A DNA stretch of 64,000 bases, taken from positions 10,858 through 74,857 of the forward strand of contig JBBSQY010000009.1 in NCBI GenBank assembly GCA_038243585.1. The letters run 5' to 3'. The stretch comes from Candidatus Sumerlaeales bacterium (GTDB lineage: Bacteria > Sumerlaeota > Sumerlaeia > Sumerlaeales > Sumerlaeaceae). The notes beneath the pieces were generated by a model. The model was given only the letters and a program-made list of their open reading frames with translations, was not told where the DNA came from and made no database searches. A program made the position numbers and the translations under genes. Of the stretch, positions 29,199 to 37,215 are shown piece after piece; within the stretch, counting starts at the first letter, position 1, and the number at the start of each line of letters is the position of its first letter.

Positions 29199-29325
29199 GG
29201 GTTGCCTGGCTCCTGTTAAAAGTTACATGATGAATGACATATACTAAAAGCCCGAACCACTTCTATAAACCGCGAAAAAAAGTTTGTATCATCAACACAT
29301 GGTGCCTTGAAGGGCACCAGGTTGA

Positions 29326-31089
29326 TTAATCATCAACTGTAATGCGCATAACTTCTTCTATTGTCGTCTGCCCGATCATCGCTTTTTCCCAGCCGTCCAT
29401 GCGCAGGGTGCGCATTCCGTACTTCATGCCCACTTTTTTAAGTTTCGTGCCCGATTCCATGCGCATGATAAGCTGGCGAATTTCCGGATTATTGTTAAAG
29501 ATTTCGTGGATAGCGGTACGTCCGCGATAGCCGGATTTGCTGCAACGGTCGCAGCCGCGCCCTTTGTAGAATGAGCGTTCACCATACTTGTCAGGGTCGA
29601 AGCCGGCGTTAGCGATTTCCTGCGGGGTGGCCTTGTACTCGGTTTTGCACTGACTGCAGACTCGACGAACCAGACGCTGGGCAATAACCGCCTGGAGAGA
29701 GCTGGCCACCATGAAAGGCTTTACGCCCATATCAATCAAACGAACGCAGGCGCTGGGAGCGTCGTTTGTATGTAGCGTACTGAACACAAGGTGGCCGGTC
29801 AACGCGGCGCGAATCCCAATTTCTGCGGCTTCAAGATCGCGCATCTCACCGACCATGATAACGTCTGGCGATTGGCGGAGAATGGCCCGCAAGCCGAGGG
29901 AGAAGTCCAGATCCACCTCGCGGTTAATCTGCACCTGGTTGATGCCGTCGAGCATATACTCGACTGGATCTTCAATGGTTACGATTTTCGTTTCTGCGTT
30001 GTTGATGGTCGACAGGGCGGAGTAGAGGGTGGTCGTTTTGCCGGAACCAGTGGGGCCTGTCATGAGAATAACGCCGTTGGGACTGCGGATCAGTTCCTGG
30101 AATCTGGCCACAGTGTCGGGTAGAAAACCTACATCCTCCAGACCCATCAGCACGCTCGACTGATCCAGAAGACGCATAACAATAGACTCGCCGTAAACCG
30201 ATGGGATTGACGATACGCGGACGTCCAGCCGTTTTCCGGGAATGGTCAGTTTGATACGACCATCGAGCGGAACCCGCTTTTCGGCCAAGTCCATTCCAGA
30301 TAGAACCTTCAGGCGGGAAATAATGGAGTTTTGCCACTTCTTTGGCGGAGCCGGATATTCGTGAAGCACGCCATCGATCCGAAACCGCACGGTAATGCCG
30401 GTTTTTGTTGGCTCCACGTGGATATCTGATGCGCGATCGTTGACGGCGGTGCGGAAAATGAGATCGACATATTTAACGGCGGGCGGCTGGTCCGTTTTAG
30501 TTTCTTTAAGATCAACTGCGGCGTATTGGTCGTCTTCTGTTTCTTTGTGTTCTGCCGCAACAGCGTCGTCGGCCATGCCCCCGTAGAGATCGGCAATATT
30601 GTTGCTCTCATAATAGTGAGCGATAAACTTATCGACCTCAAGCTGATCAGCCACCATCGGGTGGATGCGCTTCTGGTAAATGCGTTCGAGATCGTCTGTA
30701 ATCTGAATGTTGAGAGGATCAGCCAGGGCCAAATAAAGATCATCGCCCTCCGCCCGTATCGGAAATACGCGGTACTTAATGGCATGTTTGGCATCGATCA
30801 GCTTGACTAGTTCCGGCGTGATCTTTAAGTCTTTCATGTTGGCGCGTTCATAGCCCATGTTCGTGGCCAGAGCGTCCAGAAGCTCGTCTCCGCCCACCAG
30901 GTTTTGAGAGGAAACGTTATGCTTCAGCGTTTGCGCGCTCTCGCCTTCCGGCAGAACCCTTTTTAACGGGGCGTTGCCGTTGCTTCCGGGAACGCGGTTT
31001 GGAGGCGCTCCTGCGCCGGGCACTTTTTGCGCAGCGGTGCCCGGTTCAATCTGGGGGGCTTTAGGGGTCGTATCCTTGGTATCGCTCAT
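29326..31089 (-). CDS. GspE/PilB-family secretion ATPase (type II secretion / type IV pilus assembly)
   Basis: It has a T2SSE_N-like N-domain, Walker A GPTGSGKTTTLY, Walker B DVIMVGEMRD, His box GHLVFSTLHTND, and the tetracysteine CSQC...CDRC. I chose the start at MSDTKD (31089). Confidence 0.92.
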   Translation of the reverse strand: MSDTKDTTPKAPQIEPGTAAQKVPGAGAPPNRVPGSNGNAPLKRVLPEGESAQTLKHNVSSQNLVGGDELLDALATNMGYERANMKDLKITPELVKLIDAKHAIKYRVFPIRAEGDDLYLALADPLNIQITDDLERIYQKRIHPMVADQLEVDKFIAHYYESNNIADLYGGMADDAVAAEHKETEDDQYAAVDLKETKTDQPPAVKYVDLIFRTAVNDRASDIHVEPTKTGITVRFRIDGVLHEYPAPPKKWQNSIISRLKVLSGMDLAEKRVPLDGRIKLTIPGKRLDVRVSSIPSVYGESIVMRLLDQSSVLMGLEDVGFLPDTVARFQELIRSPNGVILMTGPTGSGKTTTLYSALSTINNAETKIVTIEDPVEYMLDGINQVQINREVDLDFSLGLRAILRQSPDVIMVGEMRDLEAAEIGIRAALTGHLVFSTLHTNDAPSACVRLIDMGVKPFMVASSLQAVIAQRLVRRVCSQCKTEYKATPQEIANAGFDPDKYGERSFYKGRGCDRCSKSGYRGRTAIHEIFNNNPEIRQLIMRMESGTKLKKVGMKYGMRTLRMDGWEKAMIGQTTIEEVMRITVDD

Positions 31090-31369
31090 GACGTCGGTAC
31101 TCCTGTGCCGGCAATCCGGCCTGGCTGGTGGTATCTTCTTGAAGCGTAATTGCCCATGTGGCGGTGGCAATCAAATTTATTGGTATGAGGGCTTTTTATC
31201 AGCAAATTTCCAGCGGCGACCCTCAGAGAATGGAACTATCGTAAACCTAATGAGAGACCTACCGCGACAGCGAAAAATGATGCAGAAACAAACATGAAGT
31301 CAGGTTTTTCTAATGTGCGGAATGGCAGGGGAGTGGAGAAGAAAAAGCAAAAAAGAAGAGTGTCTGAAC

Positions 31370-31404
31370 AAAAAAAATCCCCGTCACCGGTTGCGGCAAC
31401 GGGG
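31370..31404 (-). terminator. Intrinsic terminator after the small lipoprotein gene
   Basis: On the minus strand, ATCCCCGTTGCCGCAACCGGTGACGGGGA forms a stem-loop followed by T8. Confidence 0.7.
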
Positions 31405-31424
31405 ATACTTTTAAACTGATCGCG

Positions 31425-31715
31425 TTATTTGGCGATAGTTAGCTTATCTGTCCCGCCGGTGTTCAGGTTCAATCGGCTTGGCGGTGCGCTCTGCGGCCCG
31501 GGCTGTCCATAGACAGGGGTCTGCAGGTACGGGCCACCGGGCGGCAGCGGGAATTCCGGATACTCGCGAGGGCACGGCTTTGGGCCGGGCGCACAGGCGG
31601 GGTCGCCGTTAAAGCCAGCGAACACCTGGGATCCACGCATGCCACTCTGACACCCGGCCAGCAAGACGGTCGCAGCAGCGGCGGTAACAACTATTTTTAC
31701 GATTCTTCCAAACAT
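31425..31715 (-). CDS. Small Pro-rich lipoprotein (hypothetical)
   Basis: AGGAGG lies upstream of the ATG at 31715. The signal peptide carries a lipobox: MFGRIVKIVVTAAAATVLLAGC. Confidence 0.65.
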   Translation of the reverse strand: MFGRIVKIVVTAAAATVLLAGCQSGMRGSQVFAGFNGDPACAPGPKPCPREYPEFPLPPGGPYLQTPVYGQPGPQSAPPSRLNLNTGGTDKLTIAK

Positions 31716-31892
31716 ATAACCTATTCCTCCTACAACACTCGCGCAATACCTGCGCCAGCGGGACCCGTCGGTCAACTGAAATTTCTAATAAAATCAGATT
31801 TTTCGGAAACTTTCTTTAAGGAAGTGTGTCACGGAGTCATTCACTACGCTAAACAGGTTAGGTCGTCCTGCTACATTCGTTTCCCATAATTC

Positions 31893-32774
31893 ATGACTAA
31901 TCAATCATCCAGTCCCCAACCCGTGCTTGTAACCGGCGCTTCCGGGCATACGGGCAGCCGCCTGGTTTTGGCGCTTTTGGACGCTGGGTATCCGGTGCGA
32001 ATCCTTACGCGCGAGCCTGATCGGGTAGCCACCGATGTGCGCCAGCGGGTGGAAGTTGTTCGCGGCGACCTCCTTAGTCCGGAAACCGCACAGGAAGCTT
32101 TCCGAGGGTGCCGGGCGGTTATCGCGGTCACCCATATCAAATTGGCGCCGGTTATCATTTCGGCGATGAAATCCGCGGGCGTTCGGCGTGGTATCTTCAT
32201 GTCTTCGACGCGGCGGTTTACCAGATTTGTGGAAGAGACGGCTCGTCAGGTGATGGCTGGGGAGCAGGCTGTAGAAGACTCCGGCCTTGAATGGACGATC
32301 ATTCGTCCCACCATGATATACGGCGGTGCGCAGGACCGAAACCTGGAGCCGCTTTTGTCAACGCTGAAAAAGTGGCCGGTGTTTCCGCTGCCGGCGGGAG
32401 GGCATATGTTGTGGCAGCCAGTTTTTACGTGGGATGTTGTGGCGGCGCTGATCTCATCCCTTGAGTGTACGGCGAGCATCGGTAAGGCCTATACGATCGC
32501 CGGGCCGGACGCTATTAGTTATCGTGACATGCTCGAGACCATGATTGAGGAAGCGGGCCTGAAAACGCGGCTTGTGCCGGTGCCCCTGAGCGCAGCGAGG
32601 CCGCTGGTTTCGCTTTACGAAAAACTTTCGCGCCAGCCCAGGGTTCGGATGGATCAGATCCGGCGCATGGAAGAGAACAAGGATTTTAATATAAGCAGTG
32701 CCCGGCGAGAGCTAGGATTCGAACCTATTTCTTTCAGGGAGGGGATTCGGCGGAAGGTGCGGGGGGAGGTATGA
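31893..32774 (+). CDS. NAD(P)H-binding SDR / NmrA-like (atypical epimerase-dehydratase family) protein
   Basis: The Rossmann motif is VLVTGASGHTGSRLV. The length and C-terminal region are typical of NDUFA9/NmrA-like proteins. Confidence 0.8.
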   Translation: MTNQSSSPQPVLVTGASGHTGSRLVLALLDAGYPVRILTREPDRVATDVRQRVEVVRGDLLSPETAQEAFRGCRAVIAVTHIKLAPVIISAMKSAGVRRGIFMSSTRRFTRFVEETARQVMAGEQAVEDSGLEWTIIRPTMIYGGAQDRNLEPLLSTLKKWPVFPLPAGGHMLWQPVFTWDVVAALISSLECTASIGKAYTIAGPDAISYRDMLETMIEEAGLKTRLVPVPLSAARPLVSLYEKLSRQPRVRMDQIRRMEENKDFNISSARRELGFEPISFREGIRRKVRGEV

Positions 32775-32812
32775 TGTGTAGGTGAAATTAAAACTTTCGA
32801 CGCAAAGGCGCG

Positions 32813-32858
32813 AAGAAAAGCAGAAGAAAGAAAAAGCAGAAGAAAGAAAAGCCAAAAG
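32813..32858. repeat. Purine-only tandem repeat (GCAGAAGAAAGAAAA[A] x2 plus partial copies) in a convergent spacer
   Basis: Read directly from the sequence: units at 32820-32835 and 32836-32850, with flanking GAAGAAAA and GCCAAAAGC. Confidence 0.7.
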
Positions 32859-34412
32859 CTATCGCCGTAAAATTTCGCTGCCCAGCATTACTGTTGCCCA
32901 AATGACTGCTGCTCCCAGTACATCGAAGATTATGCCGGTTTTTACCATTCGGGTTATGGGGACGTATCCGGTGCCGTAGACAATGGCGTTTGGCGGGGTT
33001 GATACTGGTAGCATAAAACCAAAACTGGCTCCCATGCAGGCACCCAGTGCGGGGGCAAGGGGGTCGACGCCGGCGGCCTGGGCCACGCTGATTGCCACTG
33101 GCACAACCATGGTGGCCGAAGCTGTGTTGCTGGTGGTTTCGCTAATGAGGATGCCGAAGATAATCGCCATGAGCGTGATCATCCCAACGCTGGAAACGTT
33201 AGTGCCTCTCAGTATAGACTCTCCGATTTCGCTGGCCAGCCCCGTGTTGAACGCCAGTTTTCCCAGAGCGATGCCGCCACCGAACAGCAAAATAGTACCC
33301 CAATCGATGCGCACAGCTTGATGCCAAGTGATTGTGAACTCGCCCCGGCGCATGTTTACCGGCAGCAGAAACAGCATCGATGCTGCAAGCACGGCCACTA
33401 CCCCCTCGGGCATCACATCGCTATATTTATCGGCCATAAGTCGCGCGGTCTCTCCCGGGAAAAGTGCCAGCAGCCCAGGCAAAGTCCAAAGAATCACCGC
33501 CGTAAAAAACGCGATCAACGTGTTTATCTGGCCGCGTGTCCACCGTCCCAGTCCGGATTTCCGCTCGCTCAGGTACTCTTTCAGGCCGTCAATGCCGCCA
33601 GTTTTGGGTTTATACATGATCAGGATGACCACATATAACAGGCCGAACATTATCAGAGTCGCGGGCAGGGCAAACACCATCCAGCGTACGAAGGAGATAT
33701 CGACATCGAGGGTCTGGCGGATGAGGCCAATGCCGATTAAGTTCGGCGGTGTGCCAATGGGGGTGGCGATACCGCCGACGCTGGCGCCGTAGGCGAGAAT
33801 CAGCATCAGGCCGGTGGCCACTTTTAAGTGGTCCGCCTGCGCTCCGGGCGTGTTTCGCCGGTTAAAAAGTTCCCGCATTTCCGCAATTATGCCGAGGCCT
33901 ATCGGGGCCATCATAGCGACGGTGGCCGTGTTGCTGAGCCACATGCTGAGGAACATGGCGATGCCGCCGAAGACGAGAAATACCCGGGCGATGCTGTTGC
34001 CGACCCAATCCAGTCCCAAAAGTCCCAAAGCGATGCGCCGGTCTAGACCATGGACCATCATGGCTTCCGCCAAAATGAAACCGCCGATAAAAAGAAACAC
34101 GATGGGGTCGCCGAAGGAGGCCAGAAGCTCTTTAGCAGGGGCGATCCCAAACATTACGCAAAGGGCCGGAGCCAGGATGGCCGTCACGGGAATGGGACTA
34201 GGTTCGCACATCCACCAGACGAGGGTGAGTGCGAGGATCGCGGCGAGTTTCGCCGCTTCAGGACTGACGCCCTGGACGGGGAAAACGAGCAGTAGAACGA
34301 AAAGCAAAGGTCCCAGCCAGAGACCGGTCAGCCGACGGATGCGATCAAAGCGCTCTTCGCCGGCAGTTATCAGACCCTCAGGGTCGATGGTATGTGAGTT
34401 TGGCTCGGTCAT
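32859..34412 (-). CDS. DASS/SLC13-family anion:sodium symporter (di/tricarboxylate or sulfate type)
   Basis: Both hairpin motifs, SNTATVAMMAPI and SNTASATMVVPV, are present, along with many TM helices. Confidence 0.88.
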   Translation of the reverse strand: MTEPNSHTIDPEGLITAGEERFDRIRRLTGLWLGPLLFVLLLVFPVQGVSPEAAKLAAILALTLVWWMCEPSPIPVTAILAPALCVMFGIAPAKELLASFGDPIVFLFIGGFILAEAMMVHGLDRRIALGLLGLDWVGNSIARVFLVFGGIAMFLSMWLSNTATVAMMAPIGLGIIAEMRELFNRRNTPGAQADHLKVATGLMLILAYGASVGGIATPIGTPPNLIGIGLIRQTLDVDISFVRWMVFALPATLIMFGLLYVVILIMYKPKTGGIDGLKEYLSERKSGLGRWTRGQINTLIAFFTAVILWTLPGLLALFPGETARLMADKYSDVMPEGVVAVLAASMLFLLPVNMRRGEFTITWHQAVRIDWGTILLFGGGIALGKLAFNTGLASEIGESILRGTNVSSVGMITLMAIIFGILISETTSNTASATMVVPVAISVAQAAGVDPLAPALGACMGASFGFMLPVSTPPNAIVYGTGYVPITRMVKTGIIFDVLGAAVIWATVMLGSEILRR

Positions 34413-34606
34413 GGTTGTCGTCCTTTATATGGAGAGCAGAAAATCACTGAAAACCCGTGGTTCAATAAATTTCCGTATTAACGAAGCAATCATTAGGACT
34501 CAGTACGCAATTCAAGCCATGCATCTGCTTGATTCCATGTGGAATGGCATTGGCTACTCTTTCAGATGTTAAACAAAAATTGAAAGCATCCAGGAGATCA
34601 CACTTG

Positions 34607-35407
34607 ATGAAACGAATTCCTCTACTCATTTTGGGCGTTGCCGTCACCGCGACACTCTCAGCCAAAACCGTAACAAAGGTCGTTGAATACGATGCAGGCG
34701 GCACCCATTTCAACGGTGTTTCGGCTGTAGATCCTGAACGGGAGGGCAAGCGTCCAGGGGTGCTGTTGATTCCTGAGTACTGGGGCGTCAACGACTATAT
34801 AACCAGCCGCGCGACCATGCTGGCTGACATAGGCTATGTGGCATTCGTTGCCGATATGTATGGAGAGGGGCGAGTCACCAAGGACTCGGCAGAAGCAGGG
34901 AAGTGGTCTGGTGAGGTAAAGGGCGACCGCTTGATGATGCGTTTGCGTGCAAATGCAGCATTGGAACAATTGAAAGCGCATCCCGATGTAAATCCTGACC
35001 AAATCGCGGCCATCGGCTTTTGTTTCGGCGGAACCACAGTGCTTGAGATGGCACGATCAAATTTCGACGTTTTGGGCGTAGTCAGCTTTCACGGTGGGCT
35101 TGAAAAAGGCGATGCCGAATCCAGCCCCACGATTAAACCTAAAGTTGTGGTACTGCACGGGTCGGCCGATCCTCATGTATCCGACGCGTCCGTGGCCGCG
35201 CTCCGAGACGATTTAAACGCTGCTGAAGCCGACTGGTACATGGTCGCTTATGGTCATGCGGTTCACGCGTTTACAAATCCTGCCGCTGGCAATGACCCAT
35301 CCAAAGGGGTTGCTTACAACGCGACAGCCGACAAGCGGTCTTGGGACGCGATGCGGCATTTCTTCGACGAGCTGTTCCCCGATTTCGTTGCTAGTGGAAC
35401 ACATTAA
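34607..35407 (+). CDS. Secreted dienelactone hydrolase family protein
   Basis: AGGAG lies upstream of the ATG at 34607, and the N-terminus is a signal peptide (MKRIPLLILGVAVTATLSA). Motifs: GFCFGG nucleophile elbow, VLHGSADPHV, GHAVHAF. Confidence 0.85.
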   Translation: MKRIPLLILGVAVTATLSAKTVTKVVEYDAGGTHFNGVSAVDPEREGKRPGVLLIPEYWGVNDYITSRATMLADIGYVAFVADMYGEGRVTKDSAEAGKWSGEVKGDRLMMRLRANAALEQLKAHPDVNPDQIAAIGFCFGGTTVLEMARSNFDVLGVVSFHGGLEKGDAESSPTIKPKVVVLHGSADPHVSDASVAALRDDLNAAEADWYMVAYGHAVHAFTNPAAGNDPSKGVAYNATADKRSWDAMRHFFDELFPDFVASGTH

Positions 35408-35449
35408 CTGGATTTGAAAAATGCCTGTTGTTCTGAAGTAAAGAAACTG

Positions 35450-35473
35450 GCGCGGGGGCATTCGCCCCCGCGC
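35450..35473 (+). terminator. GC-rich hairpin after the dienelactone hydrolase gene
   Basis: GCGCGGGGGC-ATTC-GCCCCCGCGC is a perfect 10-bp stem, but the U-tract after it is poor. Confidence 0.5.
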
Positions 35474-35564
35474 AAAGTCTGTTGTAATCAATCTATCCTG
35501 TTGCTTATCTACCTGCGGCCTAGCAATATTTTCTTAGAAACAGCGGAGAATAGAACGGAGAGGT

Positions 35565-35888
35565 TTGATAGCGATGATAGTGGTAAACACGGAGTATGTG
35601 GCGGGGCGCGAGATAATGGAGATCAAAGGGCTCGTGCAGGGGAGTACTGTTCGGGCGAAGCACCTTGGTCGTGATATTGCCGCAGGGGTTAAAAATATGT
35701 TTGGCGGCGAGCTGAAAGGCTACACTGAGTTGCTGGTGGATGCCCGCCGGGAGGCTACCGAACGGATGATAAGCCAGGCGCGGCAACTGGGCGCTAACGC
35801 CGTGGTCAACGTGCGGTTCGCCACAAGTAGCGTGACTTCCGGCGCGGCGGAGCTTTACGTATATGGCACGGCCGTGGTGTTGATTTAA
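35565..35888 (+). CDS. YbjQ/UPF0145 family protein (putative heavy-metal-binding domain)
   Basis: The full length resembles the family: VVNTEYVAGREIMEIKGLVQGSTVRAKHLGRDIAAGVKNMFGGELKGYTELL...ANAVVNVRF...AELYVYGTAVVL. The start could also be 35574. Confidence 0.85.
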   Translation: MIAMIVVNTEYVAGREIMEIKGLVQGSTVRAKHLGRDIAAGVKNMFGGELKGYTELLVDARREATERMISQARQLGANAVVNVRFATSSVTSGAAELYVYGTAVVLI

Positions 35889-35890
35889 TC

Positions 35891-36364
35891 ATGGCGAGCG
35901 AAGCGGTAGGCGCAATTATCCAATTTGCGTTCCCTGTGGTCATGCTGATAATTTTTTTTTTCATAGGACGAAACGTGGAGCGCCGGCACCTGGAGCGACT
36001 GTTGGAGCGCGAATCCGCCCTCAGCCATATTCGGGTTGAAAACATAAAAAATCTGCCGCCGGGTTGGACTGTGACGGCCGAACCCCTGCTAGTTTATGGT
36101 TCCGTGGTGGTCGCGAACGACTACTATAAAGTTTTCATAAGCGGGCTTAAGAAAATTGTCGGTGGACGGCTGGGCGAGTACGAACGACTTCTTGATCGCG
36201 GGCGCCGTGAGGCAATCGTGAGAATGAAGACGATGGCGGACGAGCATGGGTGTAATATAGTGTGGAATATGCGCGTGGAGACGGCCATGATGCAGGATCG
36301 GCCGGGGCGCGCCGCTTCCAGTGCAGAACTTTATGCTTACGGTACCGCCATGCGCGTGCAATGA
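35891..36364 (+). CDS. Membrane-anchored YbjQ/UPF0145 domain protein
   Basis: The ATG is 2 nt after the upstream stop. An N-terminal TM helix (AIIQFAFPVVMLIIFFFIG) is followed by a YbjQ-like core (GSVVVANDYYKVFISGLKKIVGGRLGEYERLL...CNIVWNMRVE...AELYAYGTAMRV). Confidence 0.8.
   Translation: MASEAVGAIIQFAFPVVMLIIFFFIGRNVERRHLERLLERESALSHIRVENIKNLPPGWTVTAEPLLVYGSVVVANDYYKVFISGLKKIVGGRLGEYERLLDRGRREAIVRMKTMADEHGCNIVWNMRVETAMMQDRPGRAASSAELYAYGTAMRVQ
35952..35961 (+). repeat. T10 homopolymer inside the TM-ybjQ coding sequence
   Basis: Counted directly in the sequence. It encodes I-F-F-F (ATT TTT TTT TTC). Confidence 0.9.
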
Positions 36365-37143
36365 AACGTGATACCGAAAGTGTATTCGATGAACCGTGGA
36401 TGCAGCCAGATCCGGAACGGCCGATAGTTGGCCCGCCGCCGCTTCCAGGCCCCCATGCGATGCCGGACAGATATAAACAGACGGATGCCGACAACATGGA
36501 TCAGTCTGCCATGGAGCGAGTTCTGCATTCGGTCTATAGTGAGCCGGCACACAGGCCCGAAAGTGGAGAGACCGAGCTAACTCAGCTAATCAATAAGCGC
36601 CGGGCTGGACTTTCGCCTATGGTGCTAGCGGGCGTTGTTATTTTATGTGCACTTCTGGCCGGACCAATTTCTGTTCTGGGCACACTGGCGGCCGGTGGCC
36701 AGGGCTTCTTCGGGATTTTGTACCTGTTGGCGGCTGGGCCAGTGATTGAAGAGATGATGAAGCTCGGAGGACTCCTTTTTCTGCTTGAGAAGAAGCCGTG
36801 GTACATAGTAAAAGGGTGGCATATTATTGCTGCTGCCTGTGTTTCCGCACTGCTTTTCGGTGTGATCGAGAACCTCGTCTATAGCGGATTCTACTTGTCG
36901 TCGCTTAGCAGCGCGGCACGAGAAAATCTTATGCAGTTTCGATGGACAGTGACGGTGCCGCTACACGTGGGCACAACATTGGTGGGCGCACTAGGCCTGC
37001 GTACCGCGTGGCGAGCAACAGTCGCAAAAGGGCGGCTGTTTGATTCCCAGGTGGCCGAGCCATACATCGCTGCTGCGGTGATCATCCACGGCGGATATAA
37101 TGCGCTGGCAATGCTGCTGGGTGAGTATATGACTAGTGGGTAA
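36361..37143 (+). CDS. PrsW/CPBP-like glutamic-type intramembrane protease candidate
   Basis: ATGA overlap with the upstream stop. A Pro-rich cytoplasmic N-terminus of about 75 aa precedes the TM helices, which carry PVIEEMMKLGG (EExxK), FGVIENLVY and IHGGYNALA (HxxxN). The ORF-track start at 36262 lies inside the upstream gene. Confidence 0.65.
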   Translation: MKRDTESVFDEPWMQPDPERPIVGPPPLPGPHAMPDRYKQTDADNMDQSAMERVLHSVYSEPAHRPESGETELTQLINKRRAGLSPMVLAGVVILCALLAGPISVLGTLAAGGQGFFGILYLLAAGPVIEEMMKLGGLLFLLEKKPWYIVKGWHIIAAACVSALLFGVIENLVYSGFYLSSLSSAARENLMQFRWTVTVPLHVGTTLVGALGLRTAWRATVAKGRLFDSQVAEPYIAAAVIIHGGYNALAMLLGEYMTSG

Positions 37144-37215
37144 GTTTTTTAGAAGTCCGGCGTCCAGGTTAGCTAAAGTTGCTTGCCGCCCTATGATGCC
37201 GCCACTATGTGCTAA

